Assembly: GCA_964528205.1 (NCBI GenBank)
Contig: CAZGRI010000001.1
Location: forward strand, 1-55,222
Source: an uncultured Dehalococcoidia bacterium
GTDB taxonomy: Bacteria > Chloroflexota > Dehalococcoidia > Lucifugimonadales > CAZGRI01
Reading direction: 5' to 3'
DNA length: 55,222 nt
Shown piece after piece: positions 43,076 through 52,744 of this stretch (position 1 is the stretch's first letter; the number at the start of each line of letters is the position of its first letter). Below the pieces are notes generated by a model that saw only the letters and a program-made list of their open reading frames with translations, was not told where the DNA came from and did no database searches. The translations under genes were made by a program, and so were the position numbers.

Positions 43076-44191
43076 CTAGCCGCCAGACGAGGTCTGGGCA
43101 GGGGTGTCGCCGAGCGGATAGTACCCGTGTTTCGCGCACAGCTCCAATACGAACTCGTAAGTCTCCACCGAAATGTCCGGCCCGATCGAGTGGGCCGCCA
43201 GTACGAGTCCTCCACCTATTCCGGCCTGTAGCACCCGGAGAACGTGTCGCTCGACCTCATCGCGATCACCCCGCGGCAGTATCTCGCAGTTGTCGAGGCC
43301 GCCGATTATCGCGAGCTTTCCGTCGTATTTCGACCTAATCGCTACCGGGTCCATCGCTGTACGCGCCTCCAGCGGATGGGTCGCATCGATTCCGGCCGCC
43401 ACCCACAGGTCGAAGAACTCCTCGTCATATCCGTCGCAGTGGTGGAAGACCTTGGCCGCGCCGGCCTCTTTGTACGCCCTTACCATCTTCACGAGGCTAG
43501 GGTAGAAGATCCTTTCGTAGGCATTGATCCCCATTATCGGCCCTCGGTTTGTCGCGATGTCGTCGTATATTCCGATGCCCGTCGACCCGAGACCGTAGCG
43601 ACGGATCTGTTCAACTCCCACCTGGGTCATATGGTCGGTGACGCGCTCCACAACGGCCTTTACCCATGCGGGGTCCTCGGCGATGTCGATCAAGAAATCC
43701 GTTATGCCGCGCATGGCCGACACTCGCAGATAGGGTCCACCTGTTTTGCAGAACACTGCGCGGCGCCCTCGGTGCTTGTCCGCCGTGGCCTGGGCTTCCT
43801 CGTACCGGGAATCAAGCAACGGATCGTCGAACTCCAGCTTGTCGGGATCGACTCGCGTCGGCAGTGCCGCCTCCACCTCCTCGTAGAAGAACCCTCCATC
43901 GACTCTGCGATGCAGTGAGCCCCACCCGGTCCTCTCCAGATACCCCTTCCCCGTGCGCTCTACGATCTCTGCACCGGTTGGCCAGGCCGTCTCATCGGCG
44001 GCGACCACCACCATATCCAAGTCGTAATAGTCGATCGGGTCCACCTCAGGCCCCAGGCGTTTCCTGCGGCGCCAGTCGTCGGTGAATTCGTCCCAGAACA
44101 GCTCGAATCGTGGCACCCGGTCCGGCTCTTGAAAGCTCAGTGCCTTCATGGTCCGGTCATGCCCCGACAGGTTATTGGATGTCGCTGTCAT
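43076..44191 (-). CDS. Uroporphyrinogen decarboxylase (URO-D) family protein, second paralogue
   Basis: MKALSFQEPDRVPRFE, HHCDGYDEEFFDLWVAAGIDATHPLE. AGGAGAGG lies upstream of ATG 44191. Confidence 0.8.
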   Translation of the reverse strand: MTATSNNLSGHDRTMKALSFQEPDRVPRFELFWDEFTDDWRRRKRLGPEVDPIDYYDLDMVVVAADETAWPTGAEIVERTGKGYLERTGWGSLHRRVDGGFFYEEVEAALPTRVDPDKLEFDDPLLDSRYEEAQATADKHRGRRAVFCKTGGPYLRVSAMRGITDFLIDIAEDPAWVKAVVERVTDHMTQVGVEQIRRYGLGSTGIGIYDDIATNRGPIMGINAYERIFYPSLVKMVRAYKEAGAAKVFHHCDGYDEEFFDLWVAAGIDATHPLEARTAMDPVAIRSKYDGKLAIIGGLDNCEILPRGDRDEVERHVLRVLQAGIGGGLVLAAHSIGPDISVETYEFVLELCAKHGYYPLGDTPAQTSSGG

Positions 44192-44483
44192 TCGTCCCTC
44201 TCCTGGAAGATACGCGCTCGTCGTCCCTTGAATACTACCTGTTTCGCGGCCGTTCTGTCATTTACGGCCCCCGAGAGCTCACGTCCGCGCAAGAGATCAT
44301 GGGCATTCACTTGGATTAAGCCATGACTCGGAAAGCGGCGAAGTACGGTCACGTGCCTGTCATGCAACGCGGTCAGTTCGACATGGGACCGGGCGGGACT
44401 TAGAATTGGAGTTGACCTGCGTGTTCCAATGGCGATGAGCGAAGTCAGGCAAGAGCGCGCGAGAAGAACCGGCGGCATTTGAG

Positions 44484-45092
44484 GTGACACACATCGGCCA
44501 GACACGAAGGACCCTCACCCTCGCGTCGATCCTACTCGTTGTCGGTGCACTTATCGCTCTGCTGGCCTTCGGACTGGCGAACCGGTCTCCCGTCACCGGC
44601 AAGAGCGGGATCACCAGGGTCGACAAGCCGGCCCCCTACTTTTCGCTGCCCCTGCTGGGCGGGGGCCAGTTGGTCCTGGAGGAGCACGTCGGCCAGCCCA
44701 TCGTAATCAACTTCTGGGCGTCGTGGTGCCCCCCTTGCATCCAGGAGGCCCCGGCCCTGGAGTCGGCCTGGCGGACATACCGATCGGAGGACGTGCTGTT
44801 CGTGGGCGTGGACATTCAGGACACCGAGGAGGATGCTGTCGAGTACGTCCGTGATCTTGACATTACCTATCCCAACGGACTTGACCGGGACGGCAGGGTC
44901 ACCATCGACTACGGTGTCATCGGCCTGCCTGTGACCTTCTTCGTTAATCGCGACGGCGTTATCCAACGACGCTGGGTTGGGGCCATCGACGAACGACGCC
45001 TGACCCAGTTCGTAGGAGAGCTGATCGCCGGGGCACGTCCTTCCGATAACCGAGCAGACGGGAACCTGGAGGGATACGTCGAGTTCGACTGA
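44484..45092 (+). CDS. TlpA/ResA-like membrane-anchored thiol:disulfide oxidoreductase
   Basis: N-terminal TM anchor (LTLASILLVVGALIALLAFGL) and thioredoxin motif NFWASWCPPC. GTG start. Confidence 0.85.
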   Translation: MTHIGQTRRTLTLASILLVVGALIALLAFGLANRSPVTGKSGITRVDKPAPYFSLPLLGGGQLVLEEHVGQPIVINFWASWCPPCIQEAPALESAWRTYRSEDVLFVGVDIQDTEEDAVEYVRDLDITYPNGLDRDGRVTIDYGVIGLPVTFFVNRDGVIQRRWVGAIDERRLTQFVGELIAGARPSDNRADGNLEGYVEFD

Positions 45093-45102
45093 ACCCGGTC
45101 GC

Positions 45103-45133
45103 TTGACGCACCGGGGGAGCGGTCGGGTATCAT
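45103..45133 (+). promoter_or_regulatory. Candidate promoter upstream of birA
   Basis: TTGACG (45103-45108), a 19-nt spacer (long), then TATCAT (45128-45133). Motif only. Confidence 0.25.
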
Positions 45134-45199
45134 CCTGACGAGCCCGAGGCGTTCTCAACGGGCCTTCGACCTGTTCCAGCCACCTGTGGGGTCCCCACC

Positions 45200-45982
45200 T
45201 TGGCATACGCCGACTTCGATATCGATGCTCTCCGTGTCGCAATGGGCGGGCGCCTTGTGGGACGCAGGCTGGTCTACCACGAGCGGGTCACTTCCACTAT
45301 GGACGAGGCCGGGAGACTCGCCGAAGAGGGCGAGCCAGAGGGCACCGTCATCATTGCGGAGGACCAGACAGCGGCGCGCGGCCGCTTCGAACGGCGCTGG
45401 GTGTCGCCCCCGGGCGAGAACCTGTACTTCTCAGTCGTGCTGAAGCCCGCTCTGGACCAGCTACCCTATGCAAACATGGCTGCGGCCTTGGCGGTCGCCC
45501 GGGCCGTGAGCTCCATCGGTGGCCTGCGGCCCACCATCAAGTGGCCCAACGACGTGCGGATAAACGACCGCAAGCTGTCAGGCATCCTGGTCGAGGCGGA
45601 GCTGGAGTCACGAGAGGTGCCCTTCGCCGTCGTCGGGGTTGGCCTCAACGTCAACTTCGACCCGTCCCGATATCCTGAGATCGCGGCTACGGCCACCAGT
45701 ATCTATCGAGAGACCGGCAAACGGACGGACCGCACCCTGGTGCTGCGGACCGTGTTGGAGCATCTCGACGATCTCTACGGCGGCGTGAAGAACGGACTCT
45801 CGCTGACCGCCGACTGGGCCGCCATGCTCGACACGTTGGGGCGGGACGTGGAGGTCCGGTGGAAGGATTCCGTTGTGAAGGGTCGCGCCGACTCGGTCGA
45901 CGACCAGGGAAGCCTGGTCCTGACCCGCCCCGACGGGTCGACGTTCAAGGCGACGGCCGGCGAGGTGACCCTACAGTTGTGA
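45200..45982 (+). CDS. birA: Biotin--[acetyl-CoA-carboxylase] ligase, group I (no HTH domain)
   Basis: TSTMDEA, QTAARGRFERRWVSPPGENLYFSVVL, KWPNDV, KLSGILVE. TTG start is uncertain. Confidence 0.85.
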   Translation: MAYADFDIDALRVAMGGRLVGRRLVYHERVTSTMDEAGRLAEEGEPEGTVIIAEDQTAARGRFERRWVSPPGENLYFSVVLKPALDQLPYANMAAALAVARAVSSIGGLRPTIKWPNDVRINDRKLSGILVEAELESREVPFAVVGVGLNVNFDPSRYPEIAATATSIYRETGKRTDRTLVLRTVLEHLDDLYGGVKNGLSLTADWAAMLDTLGRDVEVRWKDSVVKGRADSVDDQGSLVLTRPDGSTFKATAGEVTLQL

Positions 45983-46030
45983 CCACGCCGTCGTACGATA
46001 TGTACCTCATCTGGTTTTGGAGAGTGACCT

Positions 46031-46834
46031 ATGCTCGAGAGACTGAGCCTCGACGGTAAGACGATCGTCATAACCGGCGGCGGAACGGGCCTGGGCCGGG
46101 AGATGGCCCTGACCATGGCCAGGGCCGGCGCCGACCTGGCGATCGCGTCCCGGCGCGCGGGCCCGATCGAGGAGGTGGCGGGGCTGGTCATGGACATGGG
46201 ACGCCGGAGCCTGGCGGTGGCCACCGACGTCACCGACTCCGACCAGGTAGACTGCCTGTTCAAGGCCTCTCTGGACGAGTTCGGCAAGGTGGACGTTCTG
46301 GTCAACAACGCGGGCATCGTCCGGGGCCAGGGCGGGATCCCCATATGGGACGTAACCGACGATGACTGGCGGATTGGTATAGATACCAACCTGACGGGGT
46401 CCTTCTACTGCAGTCGGGCGATATCCAGGCACATGGCTGAGAGGGGCGGGGGCAAGATCGTCAACGTCGCCTCCGGCTTCGGCCTTCGCGGAGGGCGGGA
46501 CAACTACATGTACGCGTGCGGCAAGGGGGGGATTGTGCAGCTCACGCGTACCCTGGCGACCAGCCTGGGCAGGTACGGCATAAGCAGCAACTGCATCGTC
46601 CCGGGCTTCATACCCACGGCCGGCACCGACGCATCCCGCGAGAACCTGCCTCGGGGCGAGTTCATCCCCATTGGCAGGGTAGGGAGGCCCGTTGAGATCG
46701 GTCCCGTCGCGGTCTTTCTGGCGTCCGCCGCGTCGGACTACATGAACGGCGAGATGCTGGTCGCCGACGGCGGAGGCCTCGCCGGAGGCTTCGCCCCCAC
46801 GGGCTACGCCCCCGACATACCCCTGGAGGTGTAG
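46031..46834 (+). CDS. SDR family oxidoreductase (catalytically complete)
   Basis: TGGGTGLG, NNAG, Ser in NVASGFG, and YACGK (YxxxK). Confidence 0.9.
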   Translation: MLERLSLDGKTIVITGGGTGLGREMALTMARAGADLAIASRRAGPIEEVAGLVMDMGRRSLAVATDVTDSDQVDCLFKASLDEFGKVDVLVNNAGIVRGQGGIPIWDVTDDDWRIGIDTNLTGSFYCSRAISRHMAERGGGKIVNVASGFGLRGGRDNYMYACGKGGIVQLTRTLATSLGRYGISSNCIVPGFIPTAGTDASRENLPRGEFIPIGRVGRPVEIGPVAVFLASAASDYMNGEMLVADGGGLAGGFAPTGYAPDIPLEV

Positions 46835-46870
46835 TGTCTGGTGACACAAATGCCCGGACTCCGGCGTCGT

Positions 46871-46966
46871 CTCAACCTCACCCCCGTTCCCCCTCTCCAC
46901 GGCTGTGGAGAGGGGGCGCCGTAGATCTAGTGCCCACGGTGTTCCACTTGGGGGTGAGGTTTCAAT
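46871..46966 (+). repeat. Nested-hairpin intergenic element, copy 3
   Basis: Inner 12-bp stem ccccctctccac/gtggagaggggg. Outer 12-bp pairing aacctcaccccc/gggggtgaggtt. Confidence 0.7.
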
Positions 46967-47016
46967 GCAGCTCGCACAACCCATCGCGTCGGAGACATTG
47001 AATCAAGGAGCAGAGC

Positions 47017-47775
47017 ATGCCGATTCCTCAAGAGTGGGACCTGACCGGAAAGACGGCCCTGATCACGTCCGACAAAAGGGGCTGGACGCCGTTCCTGGCC
47101 TCGGCGCTTGCTGAGGCCGGGGCAGCAGTGGTCGTGGCAGGCGCCGACGGTTCGGATGGCTCCGAGGCCGTGGCCGCGATCGAGAAGCAGGGGAGTTCAG
47201 CCCGGTTTCTCGCCACCGACGTCACCGATACGGACGCCGTGGCGGGCGCGGTGAGCGAGGCCGTCTCCCGGTCCGGCAGGGTCGACGTGCTGGTCAATAA
47301 CGCCCAGGCTGAGTTCGGCAAGCCGTTTGTCGAGGTCACCGACCAGGAGTGGCAAACGGCCATGGACTTCAACGTCAAGTCCACCTTCCTGTTTTGTCGC
47401 GCGGCCGGCCGGCACATGCTGGACCGGGGCGGAGGCCGCATCGTGAACATAACATCGGGCCTGGCGGTCCGGGGGCTGTGGAACTCGGCGGTCGCATGCG
47501 CGGGCCACGGCGCGGTGCACCAGCTAACCTCGGCGCTGGGCCTGGAGTGGGCGAGAAGCAACATCAGGGTCAACGGCATCGGCGCCGGCTGGATATCCAC
47601 TGAGCCCCATACCGAGGAGTCTCAGAAGGAGCTGCTGGTGAGATACTTGCCGTCCAGGCGCAAGGGCCATCCCACCGACCTGGCGGGGCTCCTCGTCTAC
47701 CTGGCGTCCGACGCCTGCGACTTCGTGGCGGGCCAGACCGTATTCATCGACGGCGGAGCCCTGGCCCACGCATAG
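47017..47775 (+). CDS. SDR-fold protein with degenerate cofactor and catalytic motifs (probable pseudo-enzyme subunit)
   Basis: ITSDKRGW replaces TGxxxGxG. NNAQ replaces NNAG. The YxxxK position reads V-ACA-G when aligned to the neighbour (NYMYACGKGG vs NSAVACAGHG). AAGGAG lies 7 nt upstream. Confidence 0.8.
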   Translation: MPIPQEWDLTGKTALITSDKRGWTPFLASALAEAGAAVVVAGADGSDGSEAVAAIEKQGSSARFLATDVTDTDAVAGAVSEAVSRSGRVDVLVNNAQAEFGKPFVEVTDQEWQTAMDFNVKSTFLFCRAAGRHMLDRGGGRIVNITSGLAVRGLWNSAVACAGHGAVHQLTSALGLEWARSNIRVNGIGAGWISTEPHTEESQKELLVRYLPSRRKGHPTDLAGLLVYLASDACDFVAGQTVFIDGGALAHA

Positions 47776-47799
47776 GAATCCGACCGGTTGAGGACGGGC

Positions 47800-48561
47800 A
47801 TGAACGACGAATCCGAACTGAGGAGACAGTTGAGGGCCGAGTGGGAAGGTTTGGCGGAGGAGTTGATCCGGCTCCATGTTGAAGGTGAAGACGAGCTCCG
47901 AGAGTTCCTGCTTGATGGCTGGATGTTGGGTGCCGTGGGTGACGTCTCCGGTCTCAGGGTGATCGACCTCGGCTGCGGTGAAGGACGGTTTGCGCGGATG
48001 CTGACCGAGTCCGGGGCCAAGGTCACCGGCGTTGACCTGTGCCGGCCCTTGATCGAGTACGCGGAGAGTCACCGTGCTGGGGACGAGACTTACCTGTGCG
48101 CGGATATGGAGGACCTGGACGGGGTTCCCGACGACGCGTTCGATCTCGCCGTCTCGTACGTCAGCCTCGTGGACGTGCTGGACATGCAACGCGCTATTTC
48201 AGCTACGTTCAGGGTGATGCGTTCCGGCGGGAGGTTCGTGGTATGCAACGTTCACCCTATGCGCACGGCGAGCGTCGGCTGGATTAGACAAGGCGACGTG
48301 AAGCTGCACTACCCCGTCGACAACTACTTCGACGAAAGCGCGCGGGAGTTGAGGTCTCGCGGAGGCAAGCCGTGGACCAACTTCCACCGGACCCTGGAGA
48401 CGCATGCCAGGACGTTTCTCGACGCAGGGTTCGTGATCGAGGCGATTCGAGAGCCGACGCCGACGCACGAACAGGCCGAGCAGCACCCTTACATCGATGA
48501 CGAGCTGCGCGTGCCGAACTTCATTATCTTCGTGCTGCGGAAGCCAGAGAAGCATGAATAG
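47800..48561 (+). CDS. Class I SAM-dependent methyltransferase
   Basis: VIDLGCGEGRFARML and KVTGVDL. The ATG follows GAGGA. Confidence 0.85.
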   Translation: MNDESELRRQLRAEWEGLAEELIRLHVEGEDELREFLLDGWMLGAVGDVSGLRVIDLGCGEGRFARMLTESGAKVTGVDLCRPLIEYAESHRAGDETYLCADMEDLDGVPDDAFDLAVSYVSLVDVLDMQRAISATFRVMRSGGRFVVCNVHPMRTASVGWIRQGDVKLHYPVDNYFDESARELRSRGGKPWTNFHRTLETHARTFLDAGFVIEAIREPTPTHEQAEQHPYIDDELRVPNFIIFVLRKPEKHE

Positions 48562-49318
48562 AATGCACGAAGCAAACCGCAAGGGCTGGGATGCCGCGTC
48601 GCCACACTGGCAGGCGACGATCGAGGAGCGCGTGGATTGGCGCAGATGCCCTGCTGATCCGACCATTGCCCTGAGCCGGCAAGAGCTGGACCACCTGGGT
48701 GACGTGTCCGGGAAGGACGTTGTCGTACTCGGCAGCGGCGATAACCTGGTCGTGTTCGCCCTGGCGGGAATGGGAGCGCGGGTCACCTCGCTCGACATTT
48801 CCCAGAATCAGCTAGATACCGCCGCCGAGAGGGCGAAGGAGATCGGACTCGATGTCGCGTTCGTCCGGGCCGACGTGGTCGATCCGAGCTCGCTGGGAGA
48901 CCAGAGCTTTGACCTGGCCTACACCGGCGGCCACGTCGCCGCCTGGGTCTCGGACCTGAGGACCTACTACTCGGAGACCTGCCGGATTCTCCGAGCGGGA
49001 GGGATGTTCATGGTGAGCGAGTACCATCCCTTCCGCCGAATCTGGCAGGACTCGTCCAGCGACCTCAAGATAGCGTTCAGGTACTTCGACCGGGGCCCCC
49101 ACGAGTACGACCGCTCAGATGACGTACCGGGCGCACCGGCCGGCTCCCTTCGCAGCTACGAGTTCCACTGGACCGTCGGCGACTACGTGTCGGCGCTCAT
49201 GGACGCCGGTTGCGAGCTGCTGGCGATAGACGAGTTTGGCGACGAGCCCCAGCGCTGGGAGGGCGCACCGATGGAGGGCCTGCCCCACCATCTACTCTTA
49301 GTCGGCAGAAAGAGATAG
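48554..49318 (+). CDS. Class I SAM-dependent methyltransferase
   Basis: VVVLGSGDNLVVFALAGMGARVTSLDIS. ATG 48554 overlaps the upstream stop (ATGAATAG). Confidence 0.8.
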   Translation: MNRMHEANRKGWDAASPHWQATIEERVDWRRCPADPTIALSRQELDHLGDVSGKDVVVLGSGDNLVVFALAGMGARVTSLDISQNQLDTAAERAKEIGLDVAFVRADVVDPSSLGDQSFDLAYTGGHVAAWVSDLRTYYSETCRILRAGGMFMVSEYHPFRRIWQDSSSDLKIAFRYFDRGPHEYDRSDDVPGAPAGSLRSYEFHWTVGDYVSALMDAGCELLAIDEFGDEPQRWEGAPMEGLPHHLLLVGRKR

Positions 49319-49347
49319 CCAGCCGGCCGGTCTAAACCGGAGCAGTC

Positions 49348-49620
49348 GTGATTGAAGTAAAGGTCAGGCCCAGGGCCAGGCTCAACAGCGTCGAGGTAGA
49401 GGGCGGACGCAGGCTTCGTGTAAGCGTGACCGCTGCCCCTGAGGGAGGCAAGGCCAACGAGGCGGTCGTGACCCTTCTGGCCAAGAGCCTCGGAATCCCG
49501 AAGAGCACGATAGGTGTCGTCCGGGGCCACCGGTCGGCTGACAAGCTCCTGGATGTCGCGGGACTTTCCTTCGATGAGGTCGCCGCCGGGCTCGGCGGCG
49601 GACCCAAAGCACCGCGGTAG
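49348..49620 (+). CDS. DUF167 (YggU) family protein
   Basis: VKVRPRARLNSVE...RVSVTAAPEGGKANEAVVTLLAKSLGIPKSTIGVVRGHRSADK. GTG start, with GGAG 6 nt upstream. Confidence 0.8.
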   Translation: MIEVKVRPRARLNSVEVEGGRRLRVSVTAAPEGGKANEAVVTLLAKSLGIPKSTIGVVRGHRSADKLLDVAGLSFDEVAAGLGGGPKAPR

Positions 49621-49774
49621 TCACCCTGCCGCATGCCTGCCGTGGTGTAGGACAAGGCTTAGAACGCCAAGCCTCGCACCGCCGCATCTATACGATTGAG
49701 AGGCGAGCAGGGGCCGTGAGGGCCATTACGGAGAGGCAGGGGGCAGCTGATCGCCGGTCGGGACGGAGCTGTCG

Positions 49775-50242
49775 TTAGCCTGCAGTGTCCCGCTCGGCCT
49801 CCTCCAACACCTCCAGCCGATTGTTGAAGTCGTGGCTGATGATCCTCTCCGCGGTGATCCTCAGCATCACCGAGTCCACGTCGCCCCGCATCTCTCGGTA
49901 ACGACGCGCCTCCTCGTCGGACCCTTTGTACAGTCTGGTCACGCGCCACCTGATGTCCTCCACGCCCGGGCTGTCCGCCTCCAGTATCTCGGCCCGGCCA
50001 TGGACCATCACCGCCCGCGCGTCGGGGTGGCCGGCGACGATGCACAGGCTGATCCGATCATCCCGCATCAGATTTCGGTGCTTCGCGCTCCCCCTTTCGG
50101 TCCCGACGTATAGCAGCCCGCCTTCGTAGAGGAACCAGACGGGACTCAGCTGCGGGGCCCCGTCCGTCCGGTTCGTGGCGAGCACCGCGTGGCGCGGCGT
50201 GCGCAGGAACTCTTCTACCTCGGTGGGGGTCATCTCGAACAT
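49775..50242 (-). CDS. Pyridoxamine 5'-phosphate oxidase family (PPOX-class, possibly F420-dependent) protein
   Basis: EVEEFLRTPRHAVLATNRTDGAPQLSPVWFLYEGGLLYVGTERGSAKHRNL. GGAGGAAGG lies upstream of ATG 50242. Confidence 0.75.
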   Translation of the reverse strand: MFEMTPTEVEEFLRTPRHAVLATNRTDGAPQLSPVWFLYEGGLLYVGTERGSAKHRNLMRDDRISLCIVAGHPDARAVMVHGRAEILEADSPGVEDIRWRVTRLYKGSDEEARRYREMRGDVDSVMLRITAERIISHDFNNRLEVLEEAERDTAG

Positions 50243-50330
50243 AGGGAATCCTTCCTCCGGTGGTGTCGGCACGGCTCGACCGGAGTGATGATCATACTGG
50301 AACGACGTAAGTGCAGGCTTTGTAGCGGCT

Positions 50331-50582
50331 TTACAGGGTGCCTACCACGGGCAGCACGATGAAGTTGAGCAGCAGCAGCGCGACCATCGGGCTCAGATCG
50401 AACATCCCGAACCGGGGGAGCACTCGCCGAATGGGAGCGATCAGCGGCTCGGTGATCTGGATCAGGACCGAGCTGATCGGGTCACCTCCCCGAGGGGAAA
50501 CCCAGGACATGATGACCCGCCCGAATATCGCCATGTTGAAGGCGTAGATCAGGTAGGTCAGGTATGTCGCGATAATGTCCAA
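50331..50582 (-). CDS. yggT: YggT family membrane protein
   Basis: FGRVIMSWVSP...ITEPLIAPIRRVLP..G.FDLSPMVALLLL. The TTG start is 3 nt after the proC stop. GGGAGGG lies upstream. Confidence 0.75.
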   Translation of the reverse strand: MDIIATYLTYLIYAFNMAIFGRVIMSWVSPRGGDPISSVLIQITEPLIAPIRRVLPRFGMFDLSPMVALLLLNFIVLPVVGTL

Positions 50583-50585
50583 GTC

Positions 50586-51386
50586 CTACCCTCCCAGCGC
50601 GTTCGATCTCTCGTACGCGGCGATCACGGCGTCCATGACCGAGGCGCGGAACCCGTCTCTCTCCATGTGCAGCAAAGCCTCGATCGTCGTGCCGCCGGGC
50701 GACGTAACCATGTCCTTCAGGTCCGCTGGATGGCGGCCCGACTCCTTCACCAGCTGTGTGCTGCCCAGCACGGTCTGCAGGGCAAGCTGTCTGGCGGTAT
50801 CTCGGGGCATGCCCAGATAGACGCCGGCGTCGATCAGGGCCTCGATGAACAGGAACACGTAGGCCGGACCGCTGGCGCTCAGGGCCGTGGCCATGTCGAT
50901 CAGTTTCTCATCGGGGACGTATAGCTCCTCCCCCAGGGCCCCCAGGATCTCCTTCGTCGCCGCCGTCACGCTCTCAGGGACCTCCGGGGTCGCCGTCCAG
51001 ACGCTCATGCCCGCGCCGATCTGGGCCGGGGTGTTCGGCATGACCCGGACCACGGCCCGGTGGTCGAGCCCTCCCGTCAGCGTGGCGATGGTGGCGCCGG
51101 CGACTATGGACACGACGGCGCTCGACTCCGCCAGGTCGCCGTTGAGCTCGCTCAGTATCTCCGGGAGGTTTTGCGGCTTCACCGCCAGGACGACCATGTC
51201 GGCGCCCTCTATCGCCTGGGAGTTCTTCGCAACGGCCTTGAGGCCGTGCTCGCTCTCCAGGTACGACCTGCGGGCCTCGACGGGCTCGCCGATCCGGACG
51301 TCCTGAGGCTTCGCCAGGTCAGACGCGAGGATCCCCCCGATCAGCGCCTCGGCCATCACACCCCCGCCTACGAATGAGATATTCAT
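50586..51386 (-). CDS. proC: Pyrroline-5-carboxylate reductase
   Basis: MNISFVGGGVMAEALIGGIL, VVLAVKPQ, and C-terminal SPGGTTIEAL. Confidence 0.9.
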   Translation of the reverse strand: MNISFVGGGVMAEALIGGILASDLAKPQDVRIGEPVEARRSYLESEHGLKAVAKNSQAIEGADMVVLAVKPQNLPEILSELNGDLAESSAVVSIVAGATIATLTGGLDHRAVVRVMPNTPAQIGAGMSVWTATPEVPESVTAATKEILGALGEELYVPDEKLIDMATALSASGPAYVFLFIEALIDAGVYLGMPRDTARQLALQTVLGSTQLVKESGRHPADLKDMVTSPGGTTIEALLHMERDGFRASVMDAVIAAYERSNALGG

Positions 51387-51496
51387 GGTCTCTTTCAGAT
51401 CTCTCCGGACACATTGGAGCTTTCCCACCGCTTAAGTATATTATTCCGCCCAGACGTGTATGTGGGGGACATCCCCAGACCTCCGGCCCAGTGATG

Positions 51497-52501
51497 CTAG
51501 GGCAGACGGCTTTCGCTGGCGAGCGATACCGCCACTTTCAGCGCCTCCAGCATGCTCTTATGGTCGGCTACGCCCTTGCCGGCGATGTCGAAGGCGGTGC
51601 CGTGGTCCACGGACGTCCGGACGAAGGGCAGTCCGAGGTTCACGCTGACGCTCCTGACCCAGTCGTGGACCTTGATCGGTATGTGCCCCTGGTCGTGGTA
51701 CATCGCCAGGACGGCGTCGTACTTGCCGTCTATGGCCTGGTTGAACACTGTGTCCGCCGGGACCGGCCCTGTGGCGTCGATGCCCAAAGCTCGGGCATCG
51801 TCAACCGCTGGTCCGATGTGTACCTCCTCCTCGTCGCCGATCAACCCCCCATCGCTGGCGTGGGGGTTCAGGGCCGCGACCCCGATCCTCGGGCCGGCGA
51901 ACCCCCACTCCTTGAAGCTGACGTCGGTAAGCTTGATCTTGGCCAGGACGTTCTCGCGGGTGACGTAGTCGCAGGCCACCCGCACCGAGCGGTGCGTCGT
52001 CAGGTGGACGACCCGCAGCGTTCCCGCCATCAGCATGGTCGCCACTTCCCCCGCGCCCGTCTGGCTGCGGAAGATCTCCATGTGGCCGATGTCCTTATGG
52101 CCCGCCAGGCTGCACGCCTCCTTGTTGATCGGCGCCGTCGCGATCGCGCTAACGCGGCCTGAAGCGGCCAACTCTCCAGCCCTCAGGACCCACTCCACCG
52201 ACGCCTTGCCCGCCACGCTCGACACCTGGCCGTAGTCGATCTCGTCGAAGTCCAGGTTCTCCAGGTCCAGCACGTCGATGGCGCCGGCTTGCCCCGCCAC
52301 GTCGTCCAGCGAGTGTGCGACCCGAGTCGAGGTGGCCGAGCCGATCAGCCTGAGAGCGTCGTCCATGGCACGCGCGCTGCCGACCACGAAGGGCCGGCAC
52401 TTTTCGTATGCATGCCCGTCCAGCAGCGCCTTGGCGGTCACCTCCGCGCCGATCCCGGCGGGGTCGCCCATCGTTATGGCCACAAACGGCTTTTCGCTCA
52501 T
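51497..52501 (-). CDS. pdxA: 4-hydroxythreonate-4-phosphate dehydrogenase family (PdxA/PdxA2)
   Basis: VAITMGDPAGIGAEV, GHMEIF, ALNPHAGDGG-like ALNPHASDGG, YHDQGHIP, TSVDHGTAFDIAGKG. ATG 52501 follows AAAGGA. The ORF-track extension to 52648 is unsupported. Confidence 0.85.
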   Translation of the reverse strand: MSEKPFVAITMGDPAGIGAEVTAKALLDGHAYEKCRPFVVGSARAMDDALRLIGSATSTRVAHSLDDVAGQAGAIDVLDLENLDFDEIDYGQVSSVAGKASVEWVLRAGELAASGRVSAIATAPINKEACSLAGHKDIGHMEIFRSQTGAGEVATMLMAGTLRVVHLTTHRSVRVACDYVTRENVLAKIKLTDVSFKEWGFAGPRIGVAALNPHASDGGLIGDEEEVHIGPAVDDARALGIDATGPVPADTVFNQAIDGKYDAVLAMYHDQGHIPIKVHDWVRSVSVNLGLPFVRTSVDHGTAFDIAGKGVADHKSMLEALKVAVSLASESRLP

Positions 52502-52664
52502 CAGGTCCTTTATTTGGGAGAGGCGTACGGGCGGTTGGCGAACGGCCCCTACCGTCCGTGTGATGACTCGGACAGCCCACCCCTCAGACGCATCGGAGAA
52601 AGCTCTCCACCGCTGTAATCGGGCGAACTCGGGCAGGCTCCCCAACAATTATACGGCTGCGGGC

Positions 52665-52698
52665 CACAAAAAACGAGGGACTCGGTTTCCCGAGCCCC
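52665..52698 (-). terminator. Rho-independent terminator downstream of nrdJ
   Basis: On the minus strand: GGGGCTCGG-GAAA-CCGAGTCCC (9-bp stem with one mismatch, GNRA loop) followed by TCGTTTTTTGTGG. Confidence 0.7.
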
Positions 52699-52744
52699 GG
52701 CGTCTTCTTCAGAATCGTCTGGGATATGCCCTCCAGCCTGAATC

